Virus record (IMG/VR): IMGVR_UViG_3300012953_000093
Location: 1 to 34,866 of that record
Strand: one strand, 5' to 3'
Length of the DNA stretch: 34,866 bases
Origin: a virus
Taxonomy: Duplodnaviria; Caudoviricetes
The position numbers were made by a program, and so were the translations under genes. Under the pieces are notes generated by a model. That model worked only from the letters and a program-made list of their open reading frames with translations, was not told where the DNA came from and searched no databases. Shown in pieces: positions 15,739 to 28,100 of this stretch. Numbering within the stretch: position 1 is the stretch's first letter; every line of letters starts with the position of its first letter.

Positions 15739-16913
15739 ACAACCCCGAATACAGAATAGAGAGCGTTCTTAGTTTTTTTCATATTGCTTTTATACTGATC
15801 AGTTTCTTTATAAAGATGTCTTCCTTCGTTATTAACATAGGCTCTTGCTGCACGCTCTATTTCGTTGGGAGTTGCAAACCTAGTAGCATTACCTGTCTCA
15901 TCTTTAATAGTTAAACTATCTTTAAAAATATCATGGGTCCAATCTATAGTCGTATCTTCTAACGTTGTTTGTGCCGAAGTAAGTAAACCATACTTTTCAT
16001 CAACTAAATCCATGCCACTAGCATTAAGTCTTTGACCAAAATCAGAATCTAAAAAAGCAAAATGAGTAGATACTTGATTGTAAATTCTTTGATCAACAAT
16101 ACTGCTATCCCATTGTTCTGTGATCACACCTTTGGCTTGTTTCCAAATCCAACTTTCATTAACTGGAAGCATGTTATCTTGCAACTTGCGTCTAATACGA
16201 TCAGCCTCATCCTTAACAGTACCGACAGAAATAGTTTGAGTACCTACATCACCAGTCCATTGCCCATCAGTCCCGGAATAGTTATCAAATATGTGGCGTT
16301 CAACATCAGCCTGACCATAGTTTTCACCAGCGTGTGACCATTCATAAACAAGGTCTTCTATGATTTCAGCATGAGCAGCATTTTCTGGGTCTAATTCAAG
16401 CCCTATATTTTGCGCTATCCTGACAACATCTTCTCTGTAAATTTCTTGATTTGATTCCCATGTTTCAGGGTCATCCCATCTAAGAAGTTCAGCAGCGCGC
16501 CAAGTTTCATCATATTCATTCCACCATTGTGTACTTCTTAATTCCTCAAGAAAACCAGCGATAGCAGAATAAGAACTTGCAAGAGCACCAGTTTCTATTA
16601 AGTTCATCCATTTTGTTGCTAAATTTCTTACTTGTATATAAACGGAAGATGAAACATCTCCATAAATACTTGTGTCGGTAGGTCTTTGACCGTCTACAAG
16701 CCCAACATTTCCGTAACCTAATATCCTGTTGTAGCCTTCCATGTTGCCAACAGTGGTAGGAACAATAGAAGGATCATCGTTAGGAACCTCGTTATTAGAA
16801 TTTAATAATAACTCCCACATAGCATCGGCATTAGGACCATCACTCCCATAAGTAACAGGCATTTCTCTAGTATGCCCTAACCTAGGATCGCTACCCGGAT
16901 CTCCATTAGCCAT
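15735..16913 (-). CDS. probable internal virion protein (start ATG 16913)
   Basis: GAGGAG RBS before MANGDPG; lies in the ejection-protein block. Confidence 0.6.
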   Translation of the reverse strand: MANGDPGSDPRLGHTREMPVTYGSDGPNADAMWELLLNSNNEVPNDDPSIVPTTVGNMEGYNRILGYGNVGLVDGQRPTDTSIYGDVSSSVYIQVRNLATKWMNLIETGALASSYSAIAGFLEELRSTQWWNEYDETWRAAELLRWDDPETWESNQEIYREDVVRIAQNIGLELDPENAAHAEIIEDLVYEWSHAGENYGQADVERHIFDNYSGTDGQWTGDVGTQTISVGTVKDEADRIRRKLQDNMLPVNESWIWKQAKGVITEQWDSSIVDQRIYNQVSTHFAFLDSDFGQRLNASGMDLVDEKYGLLTSAQTTLEDTTIDWTHDIFKDSLTIKDETGNATRFATPNEIERAARAYVNNEGRHLYKETDQYKSNMKKTKNALYSVFGVV

Positions 16914-16914
16914 G

Positions 16915-18063
16915 CTAACTCCTCGCCGCTTCTTGAAGGAACGCAAGAGTTAAACGCAACTTGCGATCATACGTACCGTCACCCATTTCAAAATCTCTAC
17001 CAACTTCATTTTCATATGAAGTAAACCAGTCACTCCAAACATTTTCAGCGGCACCTTCCCAATCACCGGCTGCTATCTGTTTACGCAATGTAGGCCATTT
17101 CCTAAAACTTCCTTGATTAAATGTAAAATCTACAAGATGTGAATATAAAGTATCAGACATATTACCAAGATCCGTCCCAGAACTACTTAAATCTTTTATC
17201 ATCTGTTGTTCATGTTCTCTATAATCATCTTCAAACCATTTATTAACAACATTTATAGGAATAACATCACCAACTTCATAGCCTCCTTCAGTTATTAAAT
17301 GACCATGACCGCCAGTTTTATTACCAAGACCATCAAGATAAACTATATGCTCACCTTTTTTATTAAGTCTTGTACCTTCACCTGCTTTAACTAATTCTTC
17401 AGGATTTGAATGCATTATAAGAGCATCTAAATACTCAGAAGTAGGCATACTATACCCTGACTTTCTATTATGCTGAGGAACAAATTGTGCATACGTTCCT
17501 ATTCCTTCAGAAAAGTTTGGTAAAGATGGTTGCGGATCAGACAACTGAGGATTAGCACCATGCGGACTTGGCGCTTCAACTGGAGGATCGCTAAATATTA
17601 CCTCGTCTGAAAGAGGTATGTCAGTAAGGTCCGCATTCGTTTTAACAGATTGCAGATCACGTCCTTTATCAAAATTATGATGCAATTCACCAAAAGCAGC
17701 ATCCATTAAATCTTTAGCAGTAACTTCCCTACCAGTTAAATACTTATGAGGATTTCTTTGATCATGACCTAAAGGAGTTACATACCAATCATCATCAATG
17801 TTTAACCCAAATTGAGGACCGTTCCTTCTAGCCCAATCTCTAGTCTGTTCTGGGATATTTGCAATAGCCCCAAAGCCTCTTTCCATATCAGATTTTCCGG
17901 GCCGCCCTAATTTTTTAGCAGCCTCTCTGTTTTTTAATAAAAGTTGCGAATGAAGATTAGTGTAAGCACCTCTGTCTAAAAACCCTGCATCAATAACAAT
18001 TTCACCTGGAGCAGCATCAATAAATCTATTTAACCGTTCTGAAAAATTTGAATCAAGAGTCAT
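16915..18063 (-). CDS. virion-associated lysozyme (GH24) with degenerate N-terminal M15-like domain
   Basis: EG......VYLD.LG.KT.G.GHL...LVDFTFNQG....WP....I..GDW..AA motifs. Confidence 0.75.
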   Translation of the reverse strand: MTLDSNFSERLNRFIDAAPGEIVIDAGFLDRGAYTNLHSQLLLKNREAAKKLGRPGKSDMERGFGAIANIPEQTRDWARRNGPQFGLNIDDDWYVTPLGHDQRNPHKYLTGREVTAKDLMDAAFGELHHNFDKGRDLQSVKTNADLTDIPLSDEVIFSDPPVEAPSPHGANPQLSDPQPSLPNFSEGIGTYAQFVPQHNRKSGYSMPTSEYLDALIMHSNPEELVKAGEGTRLNKKGEHIVYLDGLGNKTGGHGHLITEGGYEVGDVIPINVVNKWFEDDYREHEQQMIKDLSSSGTDLGNMSDTLYSHLVDFTFNQGSFRKWPTLRKQIAAGDWEGAAENVWSDWFTSYENEVGRDFEMGDGTYDRKLRLTLAFLQEAARS

Positions 18064-18073
18064 AAATAATCAC

Positions 18074-21000
18074 TTACCGATTCTGAAAAATAGATCCACG
18101 TACAGAAGTATTATATCTACTTGTAGTTAAATTGTTAATAGTGTTTATCGCATCAAAAACATTACCAGATATAAGTTCAGGTTTATCTTCTAACAAATCT
18201 TCAGTTACTTCTCCTGTTGATTCTGCCATTAATGGATCTTCTCGGTACGAAATTAAACCATTTGAATTCACCCATTCTTCATTAACCAAATCCTGTAAGT
18301 CTACGTCCATCCAATGAGAAGAAGCACCAGTACTATGAGCAAAAGTATTTAAAGCAATTTCTATATTGTCTCTTGTTATATTCGCTAAAGTCCCATCTTG
18401 GTTTGTTCTAACCTTATTTAGAATACCGACAAAAAGTTGTTTGTCACGATTTCTAATGTAATCGTCATCTATCATCATTCCTACAGCAGCCATATCTGAT
18501 TGTCTTAAACTGTCTTCCATGTCTGGAGTTAATATTCCTAAATCAGCCCAAGTAATTGTTTGCGCTAACACAGAATCTAAATTACCCCAAGCCAACTCTC
18601 TTTGTTTAGATAATACGTTGGCTTCATCAAGATCAGTTGCAAGAACATCCCATTCATTTTCACCGTAAAAAGAAGTTAACAAACTATCAGCAAGTTGCTG
18701 CTCTAAATGAGTACCAGCATAATCATCTGTTAAAAATCTTTGCGATGAATTAACTGATTGCATAACTAACGCTTCTAAATCTGCAGAAAAAGTACTGCTA
18801 TTAGGATTCCATCCTGCTTCTATTAAAGAATTTTCAACTGCTGTAGTTAACGAAGAAACAAACTGTTGTTCATCTGTATTCATTCTTCCTTGAAGACCAC
18901 TTCTTGCTTCATCATTACGGGCTAAAACCATTTCGGATAATAAATCTGAACGATTAATCCCTAAATAAATTTCTTCTATTTCTTCGTCGCTCATATTATC
19001 GTTAGTTCTTTCGTCAAGAACAGCCATTTCAGCATTAATAACTTCAAACTGAAAAGCCATCCATGCATCAACAATTTGAGAACCGACAGTATCTGGCATT
19101 TCTCCTGTGTAATCTCGGTTATTAAAACCGTTATATATGTCTCTCAAAACTTGAGGAGTTATCTGCCTGCTTTCACCATTGATTGTAACAGCATTTAAAT
19201 AACCAAACATTTGCAAAGTATCTATCATCGTGTGCCATAACTCTGGATTTTCATTCATATCAATAACCTGTTGAGCAGCATTTTGAGGACCTATGTTTTG
19301 AAATATAGAAAAAACGTTAGTTCTTCTAGTCCGATCTATAAGATCTTCTTCAACCGGATGCATGTAACCAGCAGCAAGCCAATCGCTTACACCACCTTCA
19401 GCATCTAAGATTGCGATAACATTTGAACCCTGTGTTCTAATACGTTCGTTAGTCCAGTTGTCAACAGCAAGAGTAATAAGCGCTCGTTGATCTCTTTCAG
19501 GTTCAGGTACTTCTGGGCCTTCCGCTCCGTCAGGGACATCTACCCGCATCATTCCAGCGGCTGCCAGATCATCTATTAGTATTTGTCTTATAGATTCGTT
19601 ATCAGAAAATTCAACGCCCCGTTCACGCAACAAGCCTCTTATTTCGTTCATCAATTCTTCGTTAGAAGAAATAAAATCCCAGTTTTCTTCTACAGCAATC
19701 CACTTATTAGTCCATTCAGTTCTTGTAGTTGCTTCATTTAAACTACGAAAATCCCAACCAACATCTGCTGCTGTTGGAATACCTTCACCCGGTTGGGCTG
19801 ACAAAGAATCAAAAAGTCTACCTGCCCCATAAGAATCAACAACTGGGTTATCGTTTAACCAGCCTAGCAATCTAATAGTCGCATCTGCTGTTCCTAAAGT
19901 ATCAATCATAGCGCCATCACTATCCGTAACAGCACGAGATGTAATAGCCCCAGGGTTTGAGCCACTGCTCTCATCGTCAGGTTGTACTGTTCCTTCATCA
20001 CCAAATGCTTGAGCAATAGTAGCGAGACCGGCAATCCCCCCTCCAGCAGTTGCCAATCTACGTTGCCACCAAAATCTTTGATCTCGGTCTGGCCAAAGAG
20101 CGCGACGGAACCGTGAGTTTTTAATTGTTTGCCAAAGTCTTCTTCCTGCTTCTTCTTGTGTTGCTGATGGTCTACCTGTTACATGAACAGTATGTGTGCT
20201 CGCTGGATATCTCGCACCAGCAGCAGCACCTCTATATCCTTCAGAAAATTCCCACTGTCTATTCGCAGACATTATATTTTGTACATCATCTGTAGCGCCT
20301 ACTCCACGAGCAGCAGCCGCTTCGTCTGCTGTTCTTACAGGAACCGCTGCTCTACTAGAAACGTGACCAGCCCCACCAGTAAAACGACCCGGACCTCCTA
20401 ATAAAGTATCATCAACTAAACTAGTAGCCGCATAAGATGGGTCTATACCGGGCACTACTTCACCAACAATCTCATCAATAAATTGTCCTTGATTCCACGC
20501 TGCGGAAGTCTCACCAGCAACAGCCTGACCAGCATAATCATCAACTGTGACCCCACCTCTATATGCTCCTCCCGGAAACTCCGACGCTCTAGCAACAGGA
20601 ACAGTTGATACTCCCTCCATTGCAGTTTGCGGTAATTTTTCTCCAACGTGAGAGCGGATATATATATCATCAAGATTGTTGTCTAGTATGCTTGTGATAA
20701 GAGTATCTTTGTTTGCTCTACTCGCATTGATAGATGCACGAGTATGACCGTTCGCTATTAAAATTTCGTCTATTTGTTTAACAGTCATACTTTGTAAAAG
20801 GGACCGTGATTGATTACGTGCAGCAGCAGCACTAACTGCTGCGGTGCTTGCTTCGCCCGTTAGCCTTCCACCAAATTGCATAGGACCCGATATCGCATCA
20901 TCAAGTTTTAGTACTATATCATCAAATGCATTTTTTGATTTTAAAATAGCGCGACTAGCCTCATCTACATATCCACTAACTCTATTAAGAACCGCAACCT

Positions 21001-22168
21001 GTGATGCAGATAGATTACCAGTAGCCCCTAAAGTTTGAGCAATAACGCTTGCTGCCGGATCGTCACCAAGCGCAGCCATAAAAGTTCTTAAAGAACTACC
21101 CCCAGTAAGTCCAGCATCTCCATGTTGTATAAACGCTTTAGCCATTCTCGCTACATGAACAGCATCGGCTCCTCCTCTAGCAGCAATTTGTGCCGCTGTA
21201 GCAGCACCTGTAATACCTGCTCTTGCAGCAGAATACCCTCCTCTAGCAACTGCAGATATTCCACGTATGCCAGTATTTATAACCGTATTAACTGGACCAA
21301 CAGAAGTAGCAGCAAAAAGTAAAACGTTTTCAAATCCAAATTGGGCCACACCAGAAGGTGTTACATGCCAAGACCAATCAGTACCAAGAGGTGCACCAAC
21401 CCCACCAAGAGGTGCTAAAACGTCATGCTTTTTTGACCAAGCACTTGCAGGACTTGCCTGAAAAGGTTCTTGATATCTAGGTGCACCAATTTCATATTGA
21501 TCAGTTTTTAAAATATATCGCCAGTATTCAGCATTTTCTGGATCAGATTCATTTTCGTTGTATTCGTTTTGAGCCAAAAACGTAGCAACATTACCAATGT
21601 GAGTTTCATAGGTATCTAGCATAAAGTCGTAATCTTGTTGAGTTATACTCGGACCTGTTTGACCCGGTATGTACTCTTGGTTTTCGCCCCAAGGATCAGT
21701 TATAGTTTCAGATCTTAAACCTTCACGATCCATAGCACCGGGAAGATACTCCCAGTTTTCTTCATTATTTACAAATTGACTTTCTTGGCTAATAAACCAA
21801 TTCCGCATTTCATCCCAGTTCCCAAAAAGAACTGGTTGCGGTTCAGATAATTTTCGTTCTTTAAACCAAGCGTTACGTTTTTCATTAAGATAATTATTAG
21901 CCCATTGAAGACCAGCAATATTTTGATAAGTTACTTCTTTCTCAGGGTTAGGTAAATAAATTTCTTGCCCATCAATAGTTTCAGAACTATAAGCATTTGC
22001 GTAACGTTCGCCTATAGTTAAACCACCGACTACATGGTCGCCGTTTTTATCAAATACTTCAGCCCAAGGAACAAGAACATTATCTTGCTCTAATCCTTCA
22101 TCTGTAACAATTATCGGATTATAATCAGAAGCAGACATTACATAAGAGTTACTACTTGTATCGCTCAA
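18074..22168 (-). CDS. large internal virion/ejection protein (1364 aa)
   Basis: TTG start with AAGGAG RBS and TTGA overlap; Gly/Ala-rich hydrophobic segments; internal HeH/Rho-N-like motif. Confidence 0.6.
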   Translation of the reverse strand: MSDTSSNSYVMSASDYNPIIVTDEGLEQDNVLVPWAEVFDKNGDHVVGGLTIGERYANAYSSETIDGQEIYLPNPEKEVTYQNIAGLQWANNYLNEKRNAWFKERKLSEPQPVLFGNWDEMRNWFISQESQFVNNEENWEYLPGAMDREGLRSETITDPWGENQEYIPGQTGPSITQQDYDFMLDTYETHIGNVATFLAQNEYNENESDPENAEYWRYILKTDQYEIGAPRYQEPFQASPASAWSKKHDVLAPLGGVGAPLGTDWSWHVTPSGVAQFGFENVLLFAATSVGPVNTVINTGIRGISAVARGGYSAARAGITGAATAAQIAARGGADAVHVARMAKAFIQHGDAGLTGGSSLRTFMAALGDDPAASVIAQTLGATGNLSASQVAVLNRVSGYVDEASRAILKSKNAFDDIVLKLDDAISGPMQFGGRLTGEASTAAVSAAAARNQSRSLLQSMTVKQIDEILIANGHTRASINASRANKDTLITSILDNNLDDIYIRSHVGEKLPQTAMEGVSTVPVARASEFPGGAYRGGVTVDDYAGQAVAGETSAAWNQGQFIDEIVGEVVPGIDPSYAATSLVDDTLLGGPGRFTGGAGHVSSRAAVPVRTADEAAAARGVGATDDVQNIMSANRQWEFSEGYRGAAAGARYPASTHTVHVTGRPSATQEEAGRRLWQTIKNSRFRRALWPDRDQRFWWQRRLATAGGGIAGLATIAQAFGDEGTVQPDDESSGSNPGAITSRAVTDSDGAMIDTLGTADATIRLLGWLNDNPVVDSYGAGRLFDSLSAQPGEGIPTAADVGWDFRSLNEATTRTEWTNKWIAVEENWDFISSNEELMNEIRGLLRERGVEFSDNESIRQILIDDLAAAGMMRVDVPDGAEGPEVPEPERDQRALITLAVDNWTNERIRTQGSNVIAILDAEGGVSDWLAAGYMHPVEEDLIDRTRRTNVFSIFQNIGPQNAAQQVIDMNENPELWHTMIDTLQMFGYLNAVTINGESRQITPQVLRDIYNGFNNRDYTGEMPDTVGSQIVDAWMAFQFEVINAEMAVLDERTNDNMSDEEIEEIYLGINRSDLLSEMVLARNDEARSGLQGRMNTDEQQFVSSLTTAVENSLIEAGWNPNSSTFSADLEALVMQSVNSSQRFLTDDYAGTHLEQQLADSLLTSFYGENEWDVLATDLDEANVLSKQRELAWGNLDSVLAQTITWADLGILTPDMEDSLRQSDMAAVGMMIDDDYIRNRDKQLFVGILNKVRTNQDGTLANITRDNIEIALNTFAHSTGASSHWMDVDLQDLVNEEWVNSNGLISYREDPLMAESTGEVTEDLLEDKPELISGNVFDAINTINNLTTSRYNTSVRGSIFQNR

Positions 22169-25100
22169 AACGATCTCCTTGTCGCTAATGGAGTAACACC
22201 AGCACTGCTACTTCTACGGTCTGGGAACTCTAATAATCCAGCATTCAATTTAGCAATCCAAGCATCTGTAAGCAACGGTAAGAACACACTATAGTATAAT
22301 TCATTTAACCAAGGTTTTCTAGAAGTAAACGATTCCATCATCTCATGATATTTTAATTTAATCTCATTACGCAATGATGTCACCCCTTGAATATTAGATA
22401 ACGATTCCATTTCATCTTGATATTCTACAACCATTTTCATAACAGAAATAATATCGCCTTTATGTTCAGTGTCAGGAATAGCATCAACATCAGTTAAAAT
22501 CCTTCTCATTTCAACAATCGTTTGTTCTCGTTTATTTTTTGAATCACCACTACCAAGCATCCTTCCAAGTATAGGATGATTTCCTAAAAACGTTTGTTTC
22601 CAATTATCATGCTGATATTTAACTTGACTTACATCTTGACCATTTGCCCTCATCGCATAAATACGTTCTAAATAACTTTCATTCTTACGGAAGTATTCAC
22701 CAAAAGAACTCTGATAATACATTTGTTCAAGGAAACCTTCTGGTGTTTGCTCTTGATATAAACCATAAGCAATCATTCTTGACTTTGCTTCAGCAGAATA
22801 TTCGTCATCTCCTAACACCATGCCACGTGGCATAAAGAATGTAGCCGCTAAAGGATTTTGAACAACCCAAGAACCATTATTTGTTAACCAAGCATTAGAA
22901 GCCTCTGTTGCTTGCATAGCAGATAACGGAACTTTCTTTGTTCTACCAACACGAAAAGGAGAAAATTCGTAAGGATTAAACTCGCCTTCTTCAGCAATAA
23001 TACGATCCGACCATAACCTGTATGCTTCTTCATACGGTATGCCCACATTAAGAAGATCAAAGAATTCATCGTTCCATTCCCAACGATCATTCTTTATAAT
23101 TAGATCTGAAATATTTGCTTGACCCGGACCAAAGAACCAAGTCATATTTTGAAGTAATTGTAAAACAGACGCTTCAGTATTAATTTCATCTATCATCCTT
23201 TCCATAAAAATATCAGGATCAGGTTGATTAGAAATTTCTTGTTGGCTTGGATAACGACCTTGCATCCAACGTAAAGTTATTACATCAAACGCTGCTTTAG
23301 AACGAGCAGCAGGATCTCCCCCAATATGGAACCATGTATCTCCAATAGTTCTTACACCATTATAAGTACGTGTAACAAGAGCAGGTGCAATATTGTGAAT
23401 TGCCATCTTTAATGCAGAACCGTAACTAAACTCTGCAGATGGATCATCTGGGTTAGGCATAGCATAGTCGTTGTATCTACCGCCTACTAAATTACGTTCA
23501 AACATTTTACGTACAGAAGGATCAGTTTGAGAAGCCCACATAATAGGTATCGCTAACATAGGACCAAAGCCCATATCTCCTGCTATAAAACCTTCGCCTC
23601 CAAATAAAGCAGCATCTGTTTTATCCCAGTCATAGCCCGGTAACATATTTATATTAAAAGCAAGATCGCCTTCTACATATCCACCTAAACTTGTACCAAA
23701 AATTTGTTCTAAAGCAGATGAATGAGAAATTATTGATGCCGCTGCATTCATAGCGAGACCTGAAAATGGAACAACAACATACTTAGAACCATATTTATCT
23801 TCTTGTATTAAACCACTATACACTCCAGCCTTTTCCCACAATGCGGCATTACGAAACATCGCAGGGTTATGGTTTAATGAACGCCCAATTCTCCGAAGGA
23901 AGGTATCTTCAGCAAACCAGAAAGGTATAGCAGTACCAACCATTCCTTGGAACTGAGTACGGATACTATGGTCATCAATATATTGAGAAGTAATGTGCAT
24001 GCCTCTTCTCATAGCGACTTCACGGTGCCTATCTAATTGAAGTTTTCTATTACCTGACCAATTTTTAAAATCTATAAGAATATTGTCGCTAGAGGTGACT
24101 AGATCTTCAAAGAATGCTAGGTATGCTGGGTCAATATTATCAATAGTTTTAATTTCTTTAAGAAATTCTTTTGCTGTTTGTCTAATTTCATGTGCAAGTA
24201 ATTCTTTACTAAGTGCCTTGTCTGCACCAGCAACAAGAGGTTTATTTAATGCGTCTACAAAATTGCCAACAGCAGTACCGGCTTCGCTGGCACCAAGGTT
24301 CATATCTAACTCTAAAAAATCGTCTAATACAGGTATCCGAACTTGCCCTTCAACATACTCTATATGTTTACTAAGTTTAGTATCCCTACCTCTTGACGCT
24401 CCTCTCATATGAGGATACGCATTTTTTGAATGGTAATACATTCTTTCAACATCGTCAGTTTGTCTATAGGCTTTAAGGAAATAATGATGAAACAACGGTT
24501 CACGAACCATGGCACCAATAGCAGGATTAACTATGCCATCAAACCAATTACGCAAAAGATTCTGCCACCAGTTATTTGCTTTAGAAGCAGCCCCAGTTGG
24601 GTTAGTCGCAGGAACATAACCGTATGTTCTTGGAGACATGTTGTCCCACCATTGACCACCACTACCTATGTTCAATACAGCACCAGCATCAACTGCTCTG
24701 CCTTTACCGTGGCCATTTACCATTTCTAAGAAAGGATAAAAGACTTCTATTGACTTGCCTTGATCATCTAATTTTGAAGCATTAGATATAAAATGTTCCA
24801 TTGTTCTAGCAGAATTAAAAGAAAATTCTTTAGCAGCGTTATGCAAATCATTAGAACTTAACGTCATACTTTTTTCTATCGTCCACACCTTTGGGTCTAA
24901 TTCTTTTGCTACCTCATCTCCTTCACGAAGAATCATAAATTCATTTGTTTCACGATTCCTATAAACATACCCTTCATAATAAGAAGGCCTACCGCCAGAG
25001 TTAGGAACAGGATTAACACCTGAACCAGTAGATACAGATTCTGCTGGAACAGCCCATACATTTTCTCTGCCTATACCTCTTTCAAATTCACGAGAATTAG

Positions 25101-28100
25101 CAATACGCCATTGTTCTTTAACAGGATCGTACATGTGCCCGTAATATTCTTCATGCAAATGCCCATGAACATCTCCTCTTGCGCGTGCAGCATCATCACC
25201 GCCTGGACCTTTTTTAATTATTCCAGCGCTAGGAATATCTATAGTACCTATACGGCCAGCATCAATATTTCGTTGACCTTGTATCCAAGTACTTAACCCG
25301 TCTGAAATTGCTTCAGCAAGTCTTGCATCAGGAGTCATTAACATTAAAGGAACATGAGTATCAAGATTCTTGCCCCAATCCATAAGAAGATCGCCGTACA
25401 TATTTTTTCTATCATTAATAAGCGCTATTACTTTATTAACTGTTTTTTGATCGTATCCTGCGTTTGCTAAAGATCTTCCAAATTGATCCATAAAAGCATT
25501 CCGCTGTTCTTTGCTAGAAAACTTGGTTGCTTTTTGCAGTAAAGGAATTTGATCTTTAGAAAGAAAAGGAACAAAAACTCTAGTGTTTCCTTCTTGAAGC
25601 CCAAGATGAACAGGGCCAGTGCCGGGTCTAAACCCTCCTTGCCCACTACGAACAGCGCTTAATAATTGTTGCTGCCCTTCAGCAGTCCCATTATAAAATC
25701 TAAACATAGCATTCTCTGCTTGATGCTTTGCTTGAAGCCAATCGTCTGTAACATTTGCAGCAGTAAATTGTCTAGCATCAGCACCAGCATTTAAAAGCCA
25801 ACTAACAGTATTAATATCATCAGACTTAAGTACAGGTTTTAAAATTTGTGTAAAAGTTTTGTAATTTAATTGCAGGTTTTCATATGCTTGTCTTTGATCA
25901 ACATCTAATAATCTAAGTTCTTCAGCATCTAAAGTTTTTGGTTTAATAACTTCAAAAAACTCGTCAATATTTTGTTCAAAGAAATCTGTATTAGTAAACC
26001 TGTTGCCTATAAACCGTCCACCTTCTGTGTTTGTTGATTGAGATCTATAAAATGAATCTCTTAACTCTCCCCAAATTTTCTGCCATTGCTGATCACTTCT
26101 TAAAAGTCTAAACTCAGGTGCTTTAAAGAATTGAATAAGAAATTCTGCAGGGTTTTCCGTAACAAGAGAATCTACAATTCTTTTTGTATCAGTAGTCGTT
26201 GGCAATTCATCTAGTTTTTCTATTAATTTCTTTTTAATAGGAGCAAGTTTTTTAACTAACTGCGGATTTGTGTAATGCATCATTTGTATAGCAGCAGCAG
26301 CATGAGCAGGACTATCCCCCATCCAAACAAGTTGCTGTGCAGCAGCAACAGCAAACTCTGGAGATTTTTGCGTGTTAGAACCACCAAAGTTTTCTATCCA
26401 ACCCATTTCTGTGCCGCTGTAATTAAGTGTTAAATTAATTACATTCATAGGATTATTTAAAGAACCAGATTCACGAATTAAATTATCTAAAGAATTATTT
26501 GTAGTAGCCAAATGGCTATCAAACGAACCAAGTACATGTTTCATTTGCTCGTCCATAACTCTAGGGCTTGCAAATAATTTACTTAATATCTTTATATTTT
26601 CTGCCGCATCTTCGTCTGTAGCAGAAAGAATTTTTCTAGCCCATTGCTGGCTAGTAGGTAATCCTTTACTGTGCAACATATCGAAGAATGGTCTAGAAAT
26701 TTTCTTTGACATTACGGCAGCAAAATCTTCTATGCCGCGAGACACTACTCCAACTAACCTGTTATTTGCAGTTATACGTTCTGCATTTCTTATCTTCTCA
26801 AATATTTCAAAACGTTCAGTTTCATTTAAGAAACCCCACTTTGTTCCTTGTTGTTCCACGGATTTAGCCAAGGCTTTTCTTGTTACAGCCATATCGCCAA
26901 CACCAGCAATTTCAGAAAATGACCGATTTATTCTAGAAACTGGACCCCAAATTATTCCATGTTGTATATTAGAAGCATTTTCAGCATCATCAAATTGAGT
27001 AAAAGTTTTCATTCCAAACTCATCCCAAACTTTTTGATAGCCAGTAGCCTTTGCTGTTAAACGAGAATTTATATTTGCTCTTGGTCCTTCCCTAAATAAC
27101 CAAGAAGCAAGTTCTTCTCCACCATTACGAACTACGTAACCAAAACGTAAAAGAACCGCTGGTCTCCAAGTCCTACCAAGAAACTTATCAATAAGAGGAA
27201 GATGAATTCCCCAACCTAATGCTCTATAAAAATTCATGTACCTAGCGACAGAACCTAATTCTCTATAATCAGGTATCACATTTAATGCTGACATTTGGCC
27301 TTGATGCAACTTGCCAATAGTAACTGATCTATTAACATTTACTCCATGAATAGGCATAGAATCTAAACCGGGAAGCATAGAGTATCTTGCTTGAGAATGT
27401 CTCACAAATCTATTAACAAATTTTTGTACGTCAGTGCCTCCATTAAGCAAAGCACCTGATCGGCCAAGAAAATCTAAAAAGAATTCTGTTTGGACCATCC
27501 AACGATCAGCCTCAGAACCATTAATAAACGTTCTTAAATATTCATCACGAACATTGCGAGGCATGTTAGACATAAGCCCCATGTCAACAAGTCCTTGCAT
27601 TTCTCTTGTTGCTGTATCAAGATCCATAACATCTATATACTTTTGCCTTGGCATAAAAGTAAGAAACTTGTTTGCTAATTTTGCTGGGTAATACCCAAGT
27701 GCAAGAGCCGTACCTTTTGCTTTATCTAAAAACCCTGCATTTTGTAACGTTTGAATTTCATTATTAACACTTCCAGCAGGATGCAATCTACTTTCTATAT
27801 ACGCACGCCGCGCTCTTCTTGCTAATCTAACTGGAGTAAAAACAGGTTTAAAATCCCAAAGGGGTTTACCATCTGGTCCAAAAACTGTTTCAATCTTTTT
27901 TGTTTTATTATTAAATGTAGTTCTTTGTACTGCTCTAAAGTTTCCAAGCAAATCCTCTTTATTAAATAAATGAAAATTAAAGAAAGAATCAAATTCGCCA
28001 TGAGTTTGGTTCATTAAAAAACTTGTAGATATAGAATCGTATTTGTCAAAAACTTCTTCTAATACAGTTAAATCATCAATTATTTCTTCTCTAGTTAAAC

